DNA from: Basidiobolus meristosporus CBS 931.73
Lineage: Eukaryota; Fungi; Basidiobolomycota
Assembly (NCBI GenBank): GCA_002104905.1
Contig: MCFE01000459.1
Span: 7,585-71,584 of the forward strand
Length of the DNA stretch: 64,000 nt
Reading direction: 5' to 3'
Shown here: in pieces, positions 48,622 to 62,475 of the stretch
Position numbering within the stretch: position 1 is the stretch's first letter
Layout: each line of letters starts with the position of its first letter
Made by a program: the position numbers and the translations under genes
The notes under the pieces: model-generated
Told to the model about the DNA's origin: nothing
What the model saw: the letters and a program-made list of their open reading frames with translations, nothing else
The model's database searches: none

Positions 48622-49695
48622 ATTTGCTGCTCACCCAGGCATTCTCAGATGTTCTGCACCTGGTCTGTATCCATACCATGCTTCAAATGGAGTAGAATCA
48701 TAAAGTAATCTGTCATAGCTCCTATTTCTAAGGTGCACAGCTCTGGCAACTGATTCTGCCTAAAAATCATAGGACAATTTTTGATCATGGACCATAACTC
48801 TTGCCATATCAATTATTGCTCTGTTAGCACTTTCTGCTGAACCATTTTGATGTGGGGAGTATGGTACAGTAGTCTCTTGCTTTATCCCATGATTTTTGCA
48901 GAAGTGGATAAAGAGCACTGTGGTATTTTCTCCACCATTGTAGAGAGTGTTTTCTTGATTTTTTCACCAGTTTCTCTCTCCATCATGGGTTTGAGCTCCC
49001 TGAACTTAGACAGAGCTTCTTCCTTTATCTCCATAAAGTAGACCCACATGTATCTTATATAATCATCAATAAAAGTGATGAATTACTTCATCCCACCCAA
49101 GGATAAATTTGCATTGATCCACATGGATCTGAGTCCATTAGATCTAGTTTTTTCTTAGTTTTGATTAACCCAGAGCTCTTGCACAGTTGTCTGGCTTGTT
49201 TCCCATATGTACAGGCTTCACAGTGCTCCAAATTAGATGGGGGATCATTTTTTACTCCAGGAATTAGCCAATCTTTAACCATTTTGCACAAATTATCAAA
49301 ATTGATATGCCCAAATCTTTTATGCCAAAGCAATGGTGTTTCTTCATTCAAGTTACTTATATTGGCATCCAGAATTGTCAAAGCTGAAACTAAGTCCTTC
49401 TGCAATAGCCTTTCTTACAGAGAGTAGGTTCTTGGCTATTTCTGGTACATAGAGTACTACTTTAAAGGTCAGTATATGGCTTCCTTCACTGCTTTGAAGG
49501 TTTACTTGGAAAGTTCCTTCTCCCATTGCATCAAGTATTCTAATGTCACCCATGAAGACCTTTTTAATGGAATTTCTTGGTATGGGTAAAAAGTTATTTT
49601 TGGTGTGTAAAGTGTTAAGATGCTCCAGAGTCAATATACCACATCTGAGAATCCTTGTTTGTAGTCATTTTTAGTGCAGATATGAGTAGTCTATC
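48622..49695 (-). pseudogene. Copia B0 fragment (integrase to protease), inverted; host of B1
   Basis: Reverse complement aligns with 58950-60115 with a deletion. Confidence 0.88.
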
Positions 49696-52100
49696 TGTTG
49701 TAAAAACTTTTAATTCCACCTAAATATTCACCTAACTTAGTCACTTAGATCATTACCTTCAAATCCTAGAGAAAACTGACCAAATCCCTTGTTGGGATTT
49801 ACTTAGAATATTTACCCAGAACATGAAAATTCTCAAAGTTGTCCAAACAGCCGCAAACTTTGCACACATGTTCTTGGAACCTTCCTTAACCATTCTACAT
49901 GTTTGTAATGCTAAGACCATGTAAAAGTATAAATACTACTTTTACATTCAGCAAATCATTAAGTGAAAACCACATAATCTACTAGTAGTACCAGATCACT
50001 TCCAATATCTCCAAGACTCTTACACAGGCTATCAGCCCCAAGCTGTCACTCTCTGCAATGTCTACTACTGCTATTACTGGAACTTTTTTCTCTGCTGAGA
50101 AGTGGTACAGCTCTAACTGCCAAGTGTGGAAGGTGAAGATGAAGATGTTGCTACAAGAAAGAGGCCTATGGTATATTGTCATGGGAGAGGAATGCCCTCC
50201 TAAAAAAGTGGGAGAGGAAGCTTTAAAGATCCAGAAGAAAGAACAAAGTGCCTTTAACTGCATTTGCCTTAATGGTATGGACAAATTGCTAATTCAATGC
50301 TCAAGAGCTAAAACAGCAAAGAATGCCTGGAAGGCATTAGAAGAAATGTACCAGTCATGTTTAGCTGCCAAGAATATGTATCTGAGACAAAAATTCTTTA
50401 CTACCAAGATGCAGCCAGGAGAAGAAATGAAAAATCTAATTAGCAGAATTACCCTGCTGGTAGATGAAATGGAATCTGTGGGCATACAAACTACTGATGA
50501 GGATGTGATAGTGGCCATCCTGAATAGCCTGGCAGAGGAGTTTCAGGGCCTTGTATCAGCGCTAGAGTCCAGAACGCAAGATTTGACCTTCAATTACATA
50601 TATGGAAGGCTTCTGGATAAAGAATTAAAAAATCAAGCGTCAATAAGAAGGAAGAAGAAAATGCTTTAATAAACAATGATAACCAACAAAGGAGGTACCC
50701 AAAATCCTACAATGGCTACAGCAACCTGTTTTGCAACTACTACAACAGGAAAGGTCACACATCAGACCAGTGTCTCAAAAAGAAAGATAATTAGCAAAAG
50801 AAGTATGAATATGGAAAAGCTGCAACAACTGAAGATAGACTATTTGTATCTGCACTAAATAGGACCATAGGCAAGGATTCTCAGATGTGCTTTTTAGACT
50901 CTGGAGCATCTCTACACCTTACACACCATATAGAATGTTTTACCCAATATCAAGAAATTCCAATTAAGAAGGTTTTCATGGGCAACAATAGAACACTTGA
51001 TGCAGTGGGAGAAGGAACTATCTAACTAAACCTTTGAAGCAGTGAAGGAATCCATACACTGACTTTTAAAGAAGTACTCTATGTACCAGAAATAACCAAG
51101 AACCAACTATCTGTAAGCAAGGCCACTGCAGAAGGGCTCAGTTTCAGCTTTGACAATTCTGGATGCAGGATCACTGATCAAAATGATGCCCATATTGCTT
51201 TGGGTATCAGAGACCAGAATATATACAAGTTGACTTATATTCCATCATATCTGGAGGCCAATATAAGTAACTTGAATGAAGAAACACCAATGCTTTGGTA
51301 CATGAGATTTGGACACATCAATTTTGATTATTTGTGCAAAATGATCAAAGATCAGCTAATTTTTGGAGTAAAAATTGCTCACCCAGCTAATTTGGAGCAC
51401 TGTGAAGCCTGCATATGGAAAACAGGCCAGACAACTGTTCAAGAGCTCTGGGTTGATCAAAACTAAGAAAAAATTAGATCTAATTCACTCAGATCTGTGT
51501 GGATCAATGCAAAATTTATCCTTAAGCAGGATGAAGTATTTAATCACTTTATTGATAGTTATACAAGATACACATGGGTTTACTTCATGGAGAGAAAGGA
51601 AGAAGCTCTGTCTAAGTGCAGGGAGCTCAGACCCATGGTGGAGAGAGAAACTGGTGAAAAAAATCAAGAAAATATGCTCTGATAATGTTGGTGAATATAC
51701 CTCAAAACTCTTCATTCACTTCTACAAAACTCATGGGATAAAGTAAGAGACTACTGTACCATACTCCCCACAGCAAAATGGAGTAGCAGAATGTGCAAAC
51801 AGATCAATAATTGATGTGGCAAGATCTATGATCCATGATCAAAAATTATCCTATGATTTTTGGGCAGAATCAGTTGCCACAGCTGTGCACCTTAAAAATA
51901 GGAGTTATAGCAGAATACTTTGTGATTCTACTCCACTTGACGCATGGCATGGCTACAGACCAAGTGCGGAGCATCCAAGAATATCTGGGTGTATAGTATA
52001 TGCCAAGAAACTGTCCAGAAATCAGTCAAAATTTGAGCCAAAAAGTGTAAAATGCATATTTTTGGGTTACTGCACATAGAGGAAAGCATACAGACTCTAC
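49696..52100 (+). mobile_element. Copia B1: 5' LTR (49696-50026), degenerate PBS and decayed gag-PR-IN; interrupted by B2
   Basis: TGTTGTAAAA start; ORFs 50058-50669, 51375-51746 and 51816-52079. Confidence 0.9.
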
Positions 52101-54442
52101 TGTTGTAAAAATTTGGAATTCCACCTAAATATTCACTTAACTTAGTCACTTAGATCATTACCTTCAAATCCTAGAGAAAACTGACCAAATTCCTTGTTGG
52201 GATTTACTTAGAATATTTACCCAGAACATGAAAATTCTCAAAGTTGTCCAAGCCGCCCCAAACTTTGCACACATGCTCTTGGGACCTTCCTTAACCTATT
52301 CTACATGTTTTTAATGCTAAGACCATGTAAAAGTATAAATACTACTTTTACATTCAATTAATCATTAAGTGAAAACCACATAATCTACTTGTCCTCCCTA
52401 TCACTTCCAATATCTCCAAGACTCTTACACCAGGTTATGAGCCCCAAACTGTCACTCTCTGCAATGTCTACTACTGCTATTACTGGAACTTCTCCCTCTG
52501 CTGAAAAGTTGGATGGATCTAACTACCAAGTGTGGATGGTGAAGATGAAGATGCTGCTACAAGTAAGAGGCCTTTGGTATATTGTCATGGGAGAAGGATG
52601 CCCTCCTAAAAATGTGGGAGAGGAAGCCTTAAAGTACCAGAAGAAAGAACAAAGTGCCTTTAACTGCATTTGCCTTTATGTTAAGGACAAATTGCCAATT
52701 CAATGCTCAAGAGCAAAAAGAGTAAAGAATGCCTGGAAGGCATTAGAAGACACCCACCAGTCATGTTCAGCTGCTAAGAGAATGTATCTGAGGCAAATTT
52801 CTTTTCTAGAAAGATGCTGCCAGGAGAAGAAATGAAATATCTCATTAACAAAATTACCCTGCTGCTAGATGAAATGGAATCTGTGGGCATACCAACTACT
52901 GATGAGGATGTGATAGTTGCCATCCTGAATAGCCTGACAGAGGAGTTTCAGGGCCTTGTATCAGCCCTAGAGTCCAGAACTGAAGATTTGACCTTAAGAT
53001 ATGTATATGGGAGGCTTCTGGATGAAAAATTAAGAAAATCAAGTGCCAATAAGAAGGAAGAAGAAAATGCTTTAATAAGTAATTATAACCAACAAAGGAG
53101 GTACCCAATACCCTACATAGGCAATAGCAACCTGTTTTGCAACTACTGCCAAAGGAAAGGACACTCATCAGACTAGTGCAAGATGTCTGATCTAGGAGAA
53201 CTCAATTACTACTTAGGGATTAAGTTCTCCATAGACAGAAGTACACAGACTATCACCCTAAGCCAATCCAAGTATATTCAAGATATACTAAAGAAGTACC
53301 AAATGGAAGACTGTACACTGGCAGCTACCCCAATGGAGACAAACCTTAACTTGGTCAAAACTCAACCAAATCAAGAGAGCTTGGTGCCATCTGAAAGCCC
53401 TGACTTTCCTTATCAATCAATGATTGGCAGTGTGATGCGTATCATGCTTGGAACATGTCCAGATATCTTGTATTCAGTGGGAGTTGTCAGCCAACATAAT
53501 CAGAACTATGGCTCTGATCATATTGCAGCAGTTAAGCGGATTTTTAGATACCTAAAAGGAACTGCTGATATCTGCTTAAGATACACTTATAAGGACTCAG
53601 GACAGGATCTTGTGGGATACTCTGATGCTGATTGGAGACAAATTATGGAAGACAGAAGATCCACCACAGGATACACCTTTCTTTAAGGTAAAGGAGCTAT
53701 TTTGTGGAACTCAAGAAAGCAACCAACTGTAGCACTTTCTACCACAGAGGCAGAGTATATGGCAGCCTGTGAAGCTACAAAAGAAGCAATGTGGCTAAGA
53801 ATGCTTTTTAAAGATTTGGGCCTATGTCAAAAAACACCTATTACTTTATTTCAGGATAATCAAGGATGTATACAATTAGGTAGAAATCCAACTTTTCATA
53901 CTAGAACCAAGCACATAGATATTAGACATCATTTCATATGTGAAGCTATAGAGAATTACTTAGCTAGCTTAGTTCACTGTCCTACAGATGAAATGATTGC
54001 AGACATATATACCAAACCATTAGCTAGTGACAAGTTTGAATATCTTAGGTCAAAATTAGGACTAGTCAGTATGAACATTTAGCTGAGTGGGAGTGTTGTA
54101 AAAAGTTGTATTCCCATCAAAATATTCACCTAACTTAGTCACTTGGATCTTTACCTTCAAATCCTAGAGAATACTAACCAAATTCCTTGTTGGGATTTTC
54201 TTAGAATATTTTCACCAAAATACCAGGTACCCAGGACATGAGAATTCTCAAAGTTGTCTAAATAGCCTCAAACTTTGCACACATGCTCTTGGGACCTTCC
54301 GTAACCTATTCTACATGTTTGTAATGCTAAGACCATGTAAAAGTATAAATACTACTTTTACATTCAGCAAATCATTAAGTGAAAACCACATAATTTACTT
54401 GTTCTCCCAATCACTTCCAATATCTCCAAGACTCTTACAACA
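52101..54442 (+). mobile_element. Copia B2, internally deleted (gag joined to the RT C-terminal half at ~53178); LTRs 52101-52432 and 54094-54442
   Basis: PBS at 52433, PPT GAGTGGGAG before 54094; ~2.3 kb (PR, IN, RT N-terminal) missing relative to B4. Confidence 0.9.
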
Positions 54443-57400
54443 AGTTATGAGCCCTAAGCTGTCACTCTCTGCAATGTCTACTACTGCTATTACTGGAATT
54501 TTTCCCTTTGCTGAAAAGTAGTATGGATCTAACTACCAAGTGTGGAAGGTGAAGATGAAGATGCTGCTACAAGAAAGAGGCCTCTGATATATTGTTATGG
54601 GAGAAGAATGCCCTCCTAAAAACGTGGGAGAGGAAGCCTTAAAGTACCAGAAGAAAGAACAAAGTGCCTTTAACTGCATTTGTTTTTATGTTAAGGACAA
54701 ATTGCCAATTCAATGCTCAAAAGCAAAAAGAGCAAAGAATGCCTGGAAGGCATTAGAAGACACCCACCAGTCATGTTCAGCTGCTAAGAGAATGTATTGG
54801 AGATGAAAATTCTTTACTACAAATATGCTGCCAGGAGAAGAAATGAAATATCTCATTAACAGAATCACCCTGCTGGTAGATGAAATGGAATCTGTGGGCA
54901 TACCTACTACTGATGAGGATGTGATAGTTGCCATCCTGAATAGCCTGACAGATAAGTATCAGGGCCTTGTATCAGCCCTAGAGTCCAGAACTGAAGATTT
55001 GACCTTAAATTATGCATATAGAAGGCTCCTGGATGAAGAATTAAGAAAATCAAGCGCTGTAGTGGGGTGACAGTGACACCCACTGACAGATGTGCTCATT
55101 CCCTTATTTTCTACTTACCTATATCTCTACTACACTTATTTTAGTTTTATCCCATTTGTCTTACCCAATCAGTACTATCCCATAAGCCGGTTGACTATCA
55201 CACCTGCTTACCTTATTGCGTAAGTTACCCCCCACTTTATGTAGGATTACTAGCTATAAGTACTTCTATATTAGGCAAGTACCCGCGCCAGTACCCGTGA
55301 CACATGATCAACCCATGTCACCATCCCTACCATTTCCATACCATATATGGTATCCCCATGTTACGCAGGTTTCAGAATACTGATTCCTGATTGGTTGGAT
55401 GTGCTGTGCCTCTTAGAACCTTCCGGCACCTACTTAGAACATTCTTAGGTCATTCTGATGTCATTAAGATTTCTATTTGATATCCGGAACCTTCCGGAAC
55501 ACCATGATTAGTAATCACTTAGCCAGTGAGGAAAGTATATAAGGGAGGTTATCCCTCTACAATAAATCATCAACCCTTTTATCAATATACCAACTTGTTG
55601 ATTAGTGTGATCACTGCCACCTGCTGCTACCTGAACTTCCAACCCTAGACCACAGGACACTCCCAGGAAACCATGCTGACAGCCAACTGACCTTGGAGGC
55701 ACTGCTTGTGAGGAATACTTAGAGTAGGTATCTTTTATTATATTTGATTCTTTCCCAAGTTTGTTCTTGTACAGGCAAAGATACTTTTCTGTCTTTGTAA
55801 CTATTGACCACAGCTGCATTCTTATCAAGTCCCTGCTGGTGGAGTTTACAGTTGTTTTGACTTTGGAAGCTTTAGTACATTGTCATCTCAAAGGACGCTG
55901 AACCCAGCACATACTTTTGTTAAGACGCCAACCAAGTTGGGGATTGTAGCTCAATAGTTTTCCCTTGACAAGCTTGTGGCTTTATTCCCCTTCACATTAG
56001 ATTAGAGACAGAATCCAAGTATTCCTAGCAAGCTTTTGCCAGAGGTTATTACACCCAGAGAACACCCCACACAAAACACTTGAGAAGTGTTGGATGTATC
56101 TCTCCCCTGGACCTATACACCACCACCACAGTGCCAATAAGAAGGAAGAAGAAAATGCTTTAATAAGCAGTGATAAACAACAGAGGAGGTACCCATGACC
56201 CTACAATGGCTAAAGCAACCTACTTTGCAACTACTACAACAGGAAAGGTCACACATCAGACTGGTGTCTCAAAAAGAGAGATAATCACCAAAAGAAGACT
56301 GAATATGGAAATGCTGCAACAACTGAAGATAGACTATTCATATCTGCACTAAATATGACCACAAACAAGTATTCTCAGACATGGTATACTGACCCTGGAG
56401 CATCTCAACACTTTATACACCAACAAGAACTTTTACCCAATATCAAGAAATTCCAATCAAAAAGGTTTTCATGGGTGACAATAGTACACTTAATGCAGTG
56501 GGAGAAGGAACTATCCAAGTAAACCTAAAAAGAAGTGAAGGAAGCCATACACTGACTTTTAAAGAAGCACTTTATGTACCAGATATAGTCAAGAACCTAC
56601 TATTTGTAAGCAAGGCCACTGCAGAAGGACTCAGTTTTAGCTTTGACAATTCTGGATGCAAGATCACTGATCAAAATGGTGCCCCTATTGCTTTGGGTAT
56701 CAGAGATCAAAATCTATACAAGTTGACTTATATTCCATCATACTTAGAAGCCAATATAAGTAGCTTAAATGAAGAAACACCAATGCTTTGGTACAGGAGA
56801 TTTGGACACATCAATTTTGATTATTGGTGCAAAATGATCAAAGATCAGCTAATTTCTGGAGTAAAAACTGATCCTCCAGCTAATTTGGAGCACTGTGAAG
56901 CCTGCACATATGGAAAACAAGCCAGACAACTGTTCAAGAGCTCTGGGTTGATCAAAACTACAAAAAAATGGATCTAATTCACTCAGATCTATGTGGACCT
57001 ATGCAAAATTTGTCCTTAGGTGGGATGAAGTATTTAATCATTTGTATTGGTGATTTTACAAGATACATGTTGACCTACTTCATGTAGAGAAAGGAAGAAG
57101 CTTTGTCTAAGCTCAGAGAGTTTAAAGCCATGGTGGAGAGAGAAACTGGTGAAAAAATCAGGGAAATATGCTCCAACAATGGTGGAGGATATACCTCAAA
57201 ACTCTTCATCCACTTCTGCTAAAGTTCATGGGATAAAGTAAGAGACTACTGTACATTACTCCCCACATCAAAATGAAGCAGCAGAATGTGCAAACAGATC
57301 AATAATTGATGTGGCAAGATCTATGATCCATGATCAAAAATTATTCTATGATTATTGGGTGGAATCAGTTGCCACTGCTGTATATCTTAAAAATAGGAGT

Positions 57401-57789
57401 TATAACAGAATACTTTGTGATTCTTCTCCATTTGAAGCATGGTATGGCTACAGATCAAGTGCAGAACATCTAAGAATATTTGGGTGTACAGCATATGTGA
57501 AGAAACTACCAGGAAATCAGTCAAAATTTGAGCCAAAAAGTGTAAAATGCATACTTTTGGGCTATTGCAATGAGAATAAAGCATACAGACTCTACAATAC
57601 AAAAGCAAAGAAGCTAATCAAGTCCAGGGATGTATTGTTTGATGAAAATTCAAAATTTTCACAAAAAATGACATTAGATGATGATAAAAATCTGACCTCA
57701 AGTCCACCAATTGTCAGGATTTAATCAGAGCAAAACAATGAAAGCTTTTTCACTCCAGAGGACTCTACAACTGTGGTTCAGCCAGAATC
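54094..57789 (+). mobile_element. Copia B3, sharing LTR 54094-54442 with B2; gag-PR-IN decayed; contains solo LTR-C; interrupted by B4
   Basis: PBS AGTTATGAGCCC directly after the shared LTR; ORFs 54597-54806, 54825-55070, 56471-56977 and 57311-57724. Confidence 0.88.
55058..56130 (+). mobile_element. Solo LTR, family C (1073 bp), copy 2
   Basis: TGTAGTGGGG...CACCACCACA; TSD GCGC/GTGC restores Copia B AAATCAAGCGCCAATAAG. Confidence 0.9.
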
Positions 57790-60700
57790 TGTTGTAAAAA
57801 TTTGTATTTTCCACCTAAATATTCACCTAACTTAGTCACTTAGATCATCATCTTCAAATCCTAGAGAATACTGACCAAATTCCTTGTTGGGATTTACTTA
57901 GAATATTTTCACCAAAATACCAGGTACCCAGAACATGAAAATTCTCAAAGTTGTCCAAACAGCCCCAAACTTTGCACACATGTTCTTGGGACCTTCCTTA
58001 ACCTATTCTACGTGTTTGTAATGCCAAGACCATGTAAAAGTATAAATACTACTTTTACATTCAATAAATCATTAAGTGAAAACCACATAATCTACTTGTT
58101 CTCCCAATCACTTCCAATATCTCCAAGACTCTTACAACAGGTTATGAGCCCCGAGCTGTCACTCTCTGCAATGTCTACTACTGCTATTACTGGAATTTTT
58201 CCCTCTGCTGAAAAGTTGGATGGATCTAACTACCAAGTGTGGAAGGTGAAGATGAAGATGCTGCTGCAAGAAAGAGGCCTTTGGGATATTGTCATGGGAG
58301 AAGAATGCCCTCCTAAAAACGTGGGAGAGGAAGCCTTAAAGTACCAGAAGAAAGAACAAAGTGCCTTTAACTGCATTTGCCTTAATGTCAAGGACAAATT
58401 GCTAATTCAATGCTCAAGAGCAAAAACGGCAAAGAATGCCTGGAAAGCATTAGAAGACACCTACCAGTCATGTTCAGCTGCCAAGAAAATGTATCTGAGA
58501 AGAAAATTCTTTACTACAAAGATGCTGCCAGGAGAAGAAATGAAAAATCTAATTAACAGAATTACCCTGCTGGTAGATGAGATGGAATCTGTGGGCGTAC
58601 CAACTACTGATGAGGATGTGATAGTTACCATCCTGAATAGCCTGACAGACGAGTTTCAGGGCCTTGTATCAGCCCTAGAGTCCAGAACTGAAGATTTGAC
58701 CTTAAATTACGTATATGGAAGGCTCCTGGATGAAGAATTAAGAAAATCAAGCGCCAATAAGAAAGAAGAAGAAAATGCTTTAATAAGCAATGTTAACCAA
58801 CAAAGGAGGTACCCAAGACCCTACAAAGGCAACAGCAACCTATTTTGCAACTACTGCAAAAGGAAAGGACACACATCAGACCGGTGTTTCAAAAAGAGAG
58901 ATTATCAGCAAAAGAAGCCTGAATATGGAAATGCTGCAACAACTGAAGATAGACTATTCATATCTGCACTAAATATGACCACAAACAAGGATTCTCAGAC
59001 GTGGTATATTGACTCTGGAGCTTCTCAACACTTTACACACCAAAAAGAACTTTTTACCCAATATCAAGAAATTCCAATTAAGAAGGTTTTCATGGGTGAC
59101 AATAGAACACTTGATGCAGTGGGAGAAGGAACAATCCAAGTAAACCTTAGAAGCAGTGAAGGAAGCCATACACTGACCTTTAAAGAAGTACTCTATGTAC
59201 CAGAAATAGCCAAGAACCTACTCTCTGTAAGCAAGGCCACAGCAGAAGGACTCAGTTTCAGTTTTGACAATTCTGGATGCAGGATCACTGATCAAAATGG
59301 TGCTCATATTGCTTCGGGCATCAGAGATCAGAACCTATACAAGTTGACTTATATTCCATCATATCTGGAAGCCAATATAAGTAACTTAAATGAAGAAACA
59401 CCAATGCTTTGGCACAGGAGATTTGGACACATCAATTTTGATTATTTGCGTAAAATGATCAAAGATCAGCTAATTTCTGGAGTGAAAATTGATCCCCCAG
59501 CTAATTTGGAGCACTGTGAAGCCTGCATATATGGGAAACAAGCCAGACAACTGTTCAAGAGCTCTGGGTTAATCAAAACTAAGAAAAAATTAGATCTAAT
59601 TCACTCAGATCTGTGTGGACCTATGCAAAATTTATCCTTAGGCGGGATGAAGTATTTAATCACTTTTATTGATGATTATACAAGATACACATGGGTCTAC
59701 TTCATGGAGAGAAAGGAAGAAGCTCTGTCTAAGCTCAGGGAGTTCAAAGCCATGGTGGAGAGAGAAACTGGTGAAAAAATCAGAAAATACGCTCTGACAA
59801 TGGTGGAGAATATACCTCAAAACTCTTCATCCACTTCTGCAAAATTCATGGGATAAAGCAAGAGACTACTGTACCATACTCCCCACAGTAAAATGGAGTA
59901 GCAGAACGAGCTAACAGATCAATAATTGATATGGCAAGATCTATGATCCATGATCAAAAATTATCCTATGATTTTTGGGCGGAATCAGTTGCCACTGCTG
60001 TATATCTTAAAAATAGGAGTTATAACAGAATACTTCGTGATTCTACTCCATTTGAAGCATGGTATGGATACAGACCAAGTGCAGAACATCTAAGAATATT
60101 TGGGTGTACAGCATATGCCAAAAAACTGGCCGGAAATCAGTCAAAATTTGAGCCAAAAAGTGTAAAATGCATATTTTTGGGCTACTGCAATGAGAGTAAG
60201 GCATACAGACTCTACAATACCAAAGCAAAGAAGCTGATCAAGTCCAGGGATGTGTTGTTTGATGAAAATTCAAAATTTTCACAAAAAATGACATCAGATG
60301 ATGACGAAAATTTGATCTCAAGTCCACCAATTGTCAGGATTGAATCAGAGCAAAACAATGAAAATTTTTTCACTCCAGAGGACTCTACAACCGTGGTTCA
60401 GCCAGAATCAGTGCCCAGGAATATCCCAGAAGTGATCATTCCAGTATCAAATGCCCGGAGATCCAATCGGACAAGAAATAGCCCAAATTACTATATCAAT
60501 GAGGGTACAAACTTAGCCTATGCCTATTCAGTCCATATTGATGAACCCCAGACTGTAAAAGAGGCCCTAAATAGCCCTCAGACGAAGTTTTGGAGATCTG
60601 CAATGACTGAGGAATATCAGGCACTGATGGAAAATCAAACTTGGGACTTAGTCAAATTACCAATCAACCGAAAATCAATTGGATGCAGATGGGTCTTCAA

Positions 60701-62475
60701 GACAAAATACAAGGCTGATGGTACAATTGAAAGATACAAAGCAAGACTTGTAGCCAAAGGATACTCTCAAACAAAAGGACTTGACTATACTGAGACCTTT
60801 GCACCGGTAGCCAAGTTTAATTCCATCAGATTAATATTGGCTATTGCAGCCAAATATAAGTTTTTTATTCATCAAATGGATGTAAAAACTGCATTTTTGA
60901 ATGGAGAACTTGATGAGGACGTGTATATGGACCAGCCTGATGGGTTTGTTGACCAAGATAACCCCCATTTGGTCTGCAAGCTTAAAAAGTCACTATATGG
61001 TCTCAAACAATCACCGAGAGCCTGGAATTGCAAGATAGATTCTTATTTGGAATCTTTGAGTTTCAAAAGGAGTAATGCTGACTATAGTATATACTATAAG
61101 CCAGATAGAGCAAATCCAGTTCTATTAGCTCTATATGTGGATGATCTTATTATAGCCGCCAATAACCTAGAAACATTGGAAGAGACTAAATCCAGCCTAT
61201 CTAAGGAGTTCAAGATGTCCGATCTAGGAGAACTTAGTTACTACTTAGGGATTAAGTTCTCCATAGACAGAAGTACCCAGACTATTACCCTAAGCCAATC
61301 CAAGTATATTCAAGATATACTAAAGAAGTACAAAATGGAAGACTGTAAACCGGCAGCTACCCCAATGGAGACAAACCTTAACTTGGTCAAAACTCAACCA
61401 AATCAAGAGAGCTTGGTGCCATCTGAAAGCCCTGACTTTCCTTATCAATCTATGGTCGGCAGTCTGATGTATATCATGCTTGGAACACGTCCAGATATCT
61501 CATATTCAGTGGGAGTTGTCAGCCAACATAATCAGAATTATGGATCTGATCATATTGCAGCAGTTAAGCGGATTTTTAGATACCTAAAAGGAACTGCTGA
61601 TATCTGCTTAAGATACACTTATAAGGATTCAGAACAGGATCTTGTGGGATACTCTGATGCTGATTGGGGACGAAATTTAGAAGACAGAAGATCCACCACA
61701 GGATACACCTTTCTTTACTGTAAAGGAGCCATTTCATGGAATTCAAGAAAGCAACCAACCGTAGCACTTTCTACTACAGAGGCAGAGTATATGGCAGCCT
61801 GTGAAGCTACAAAAGAAGCAATGTGGTTAAGAAAGCTCTTTACAGATTTAGGCCTATGTCAAAAAACGCCTATTACTTTATTTCAAGATAATCAAGGATG
61901 TATACAATTAGGTAGAAATCCAACTTTTCATGCTAGAACCAAGCACATAGATATTAGACATCATTTCATACGTGAAGCTATAGAGAATAACTTAGTTAGC
62001 TTAGTTTACTGTCCTACAGATGAAATGATTGCAGACATATTTACCAAACCATTAGCTAGAGACAAGTTTGAATATCTTAGGTCAAAATTAGGACTAGTCA
62101 GTATGAACATTTAGCTGAGTGGGAGTGTTGTAAAAATTCGTATTTTCCACCTAAATATTCACCTAACTTAGTCACTTAGATCATCACCTTCAAATCCTAG
62201 AGAATACTGACCAAATTCCTTGTCGGGATTTACTTAGAATATTTTCACCAAAATACCAGGTACCCAGAACATGAAAATTCTCAAAGTTGTCCAAACAGCC
62301 CCAAACTTTGCACACATGTTCTTGGGACCTTCCTTAACCTATTCTACGTGTTTGTAATGCCAAGACCATGTAAAAGTATAAATACTACTTTTACATTCAA
62401 TAAATCATTAAGTGAAAATCACATAATCTACTTGTTCTCCCAATCACTTCCAATATCTCCAAGACTCTTACAACA
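57790..62475 (+). mobile_element. Near-intact Ty1/Copia B4 (4686 bp)
   Basis: 350-bp LTRs (57790-58139, 62126-62475) differing at 4 C/T sites; PBS GGTTATGAGCCC at 58140-58151; PPT 62117-62125; no matching TSD. Confidence 0.97.
58171..62114 (+). pseudogene. B4 gag-pol (Gag, CCHC, PR WYIDSGAS, GAG-pre-IN, IN, RT YVDD, RNase H), one 1-bp deletion at ~59781 and a CAA->TAA at 59889
   Basis: ORFs 58012-59856 (true start MSTTAITG at 58171) and 59931-62114; the sister copy B1 keeps the extra A (aaaatcaagaaaat). Confidence 0.95.

Noticed and set aside
58012-58170. In-frame 53-codon extension of Copia B gag starting inside the LTR
   Set aside because: It starts at GTG upstream of the TATA box (~58031), so it is unlikely to be in the LTR transcript; recurrence in another copy reflects LTR identity, and it is broken in others.
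59770-59931. Programmed frameshift or readthrough between B4 ORFs
   Set aside because: The break lies inside integrase; sister copy B1 retains the missing A and CAA at the stop, so both are mutations.
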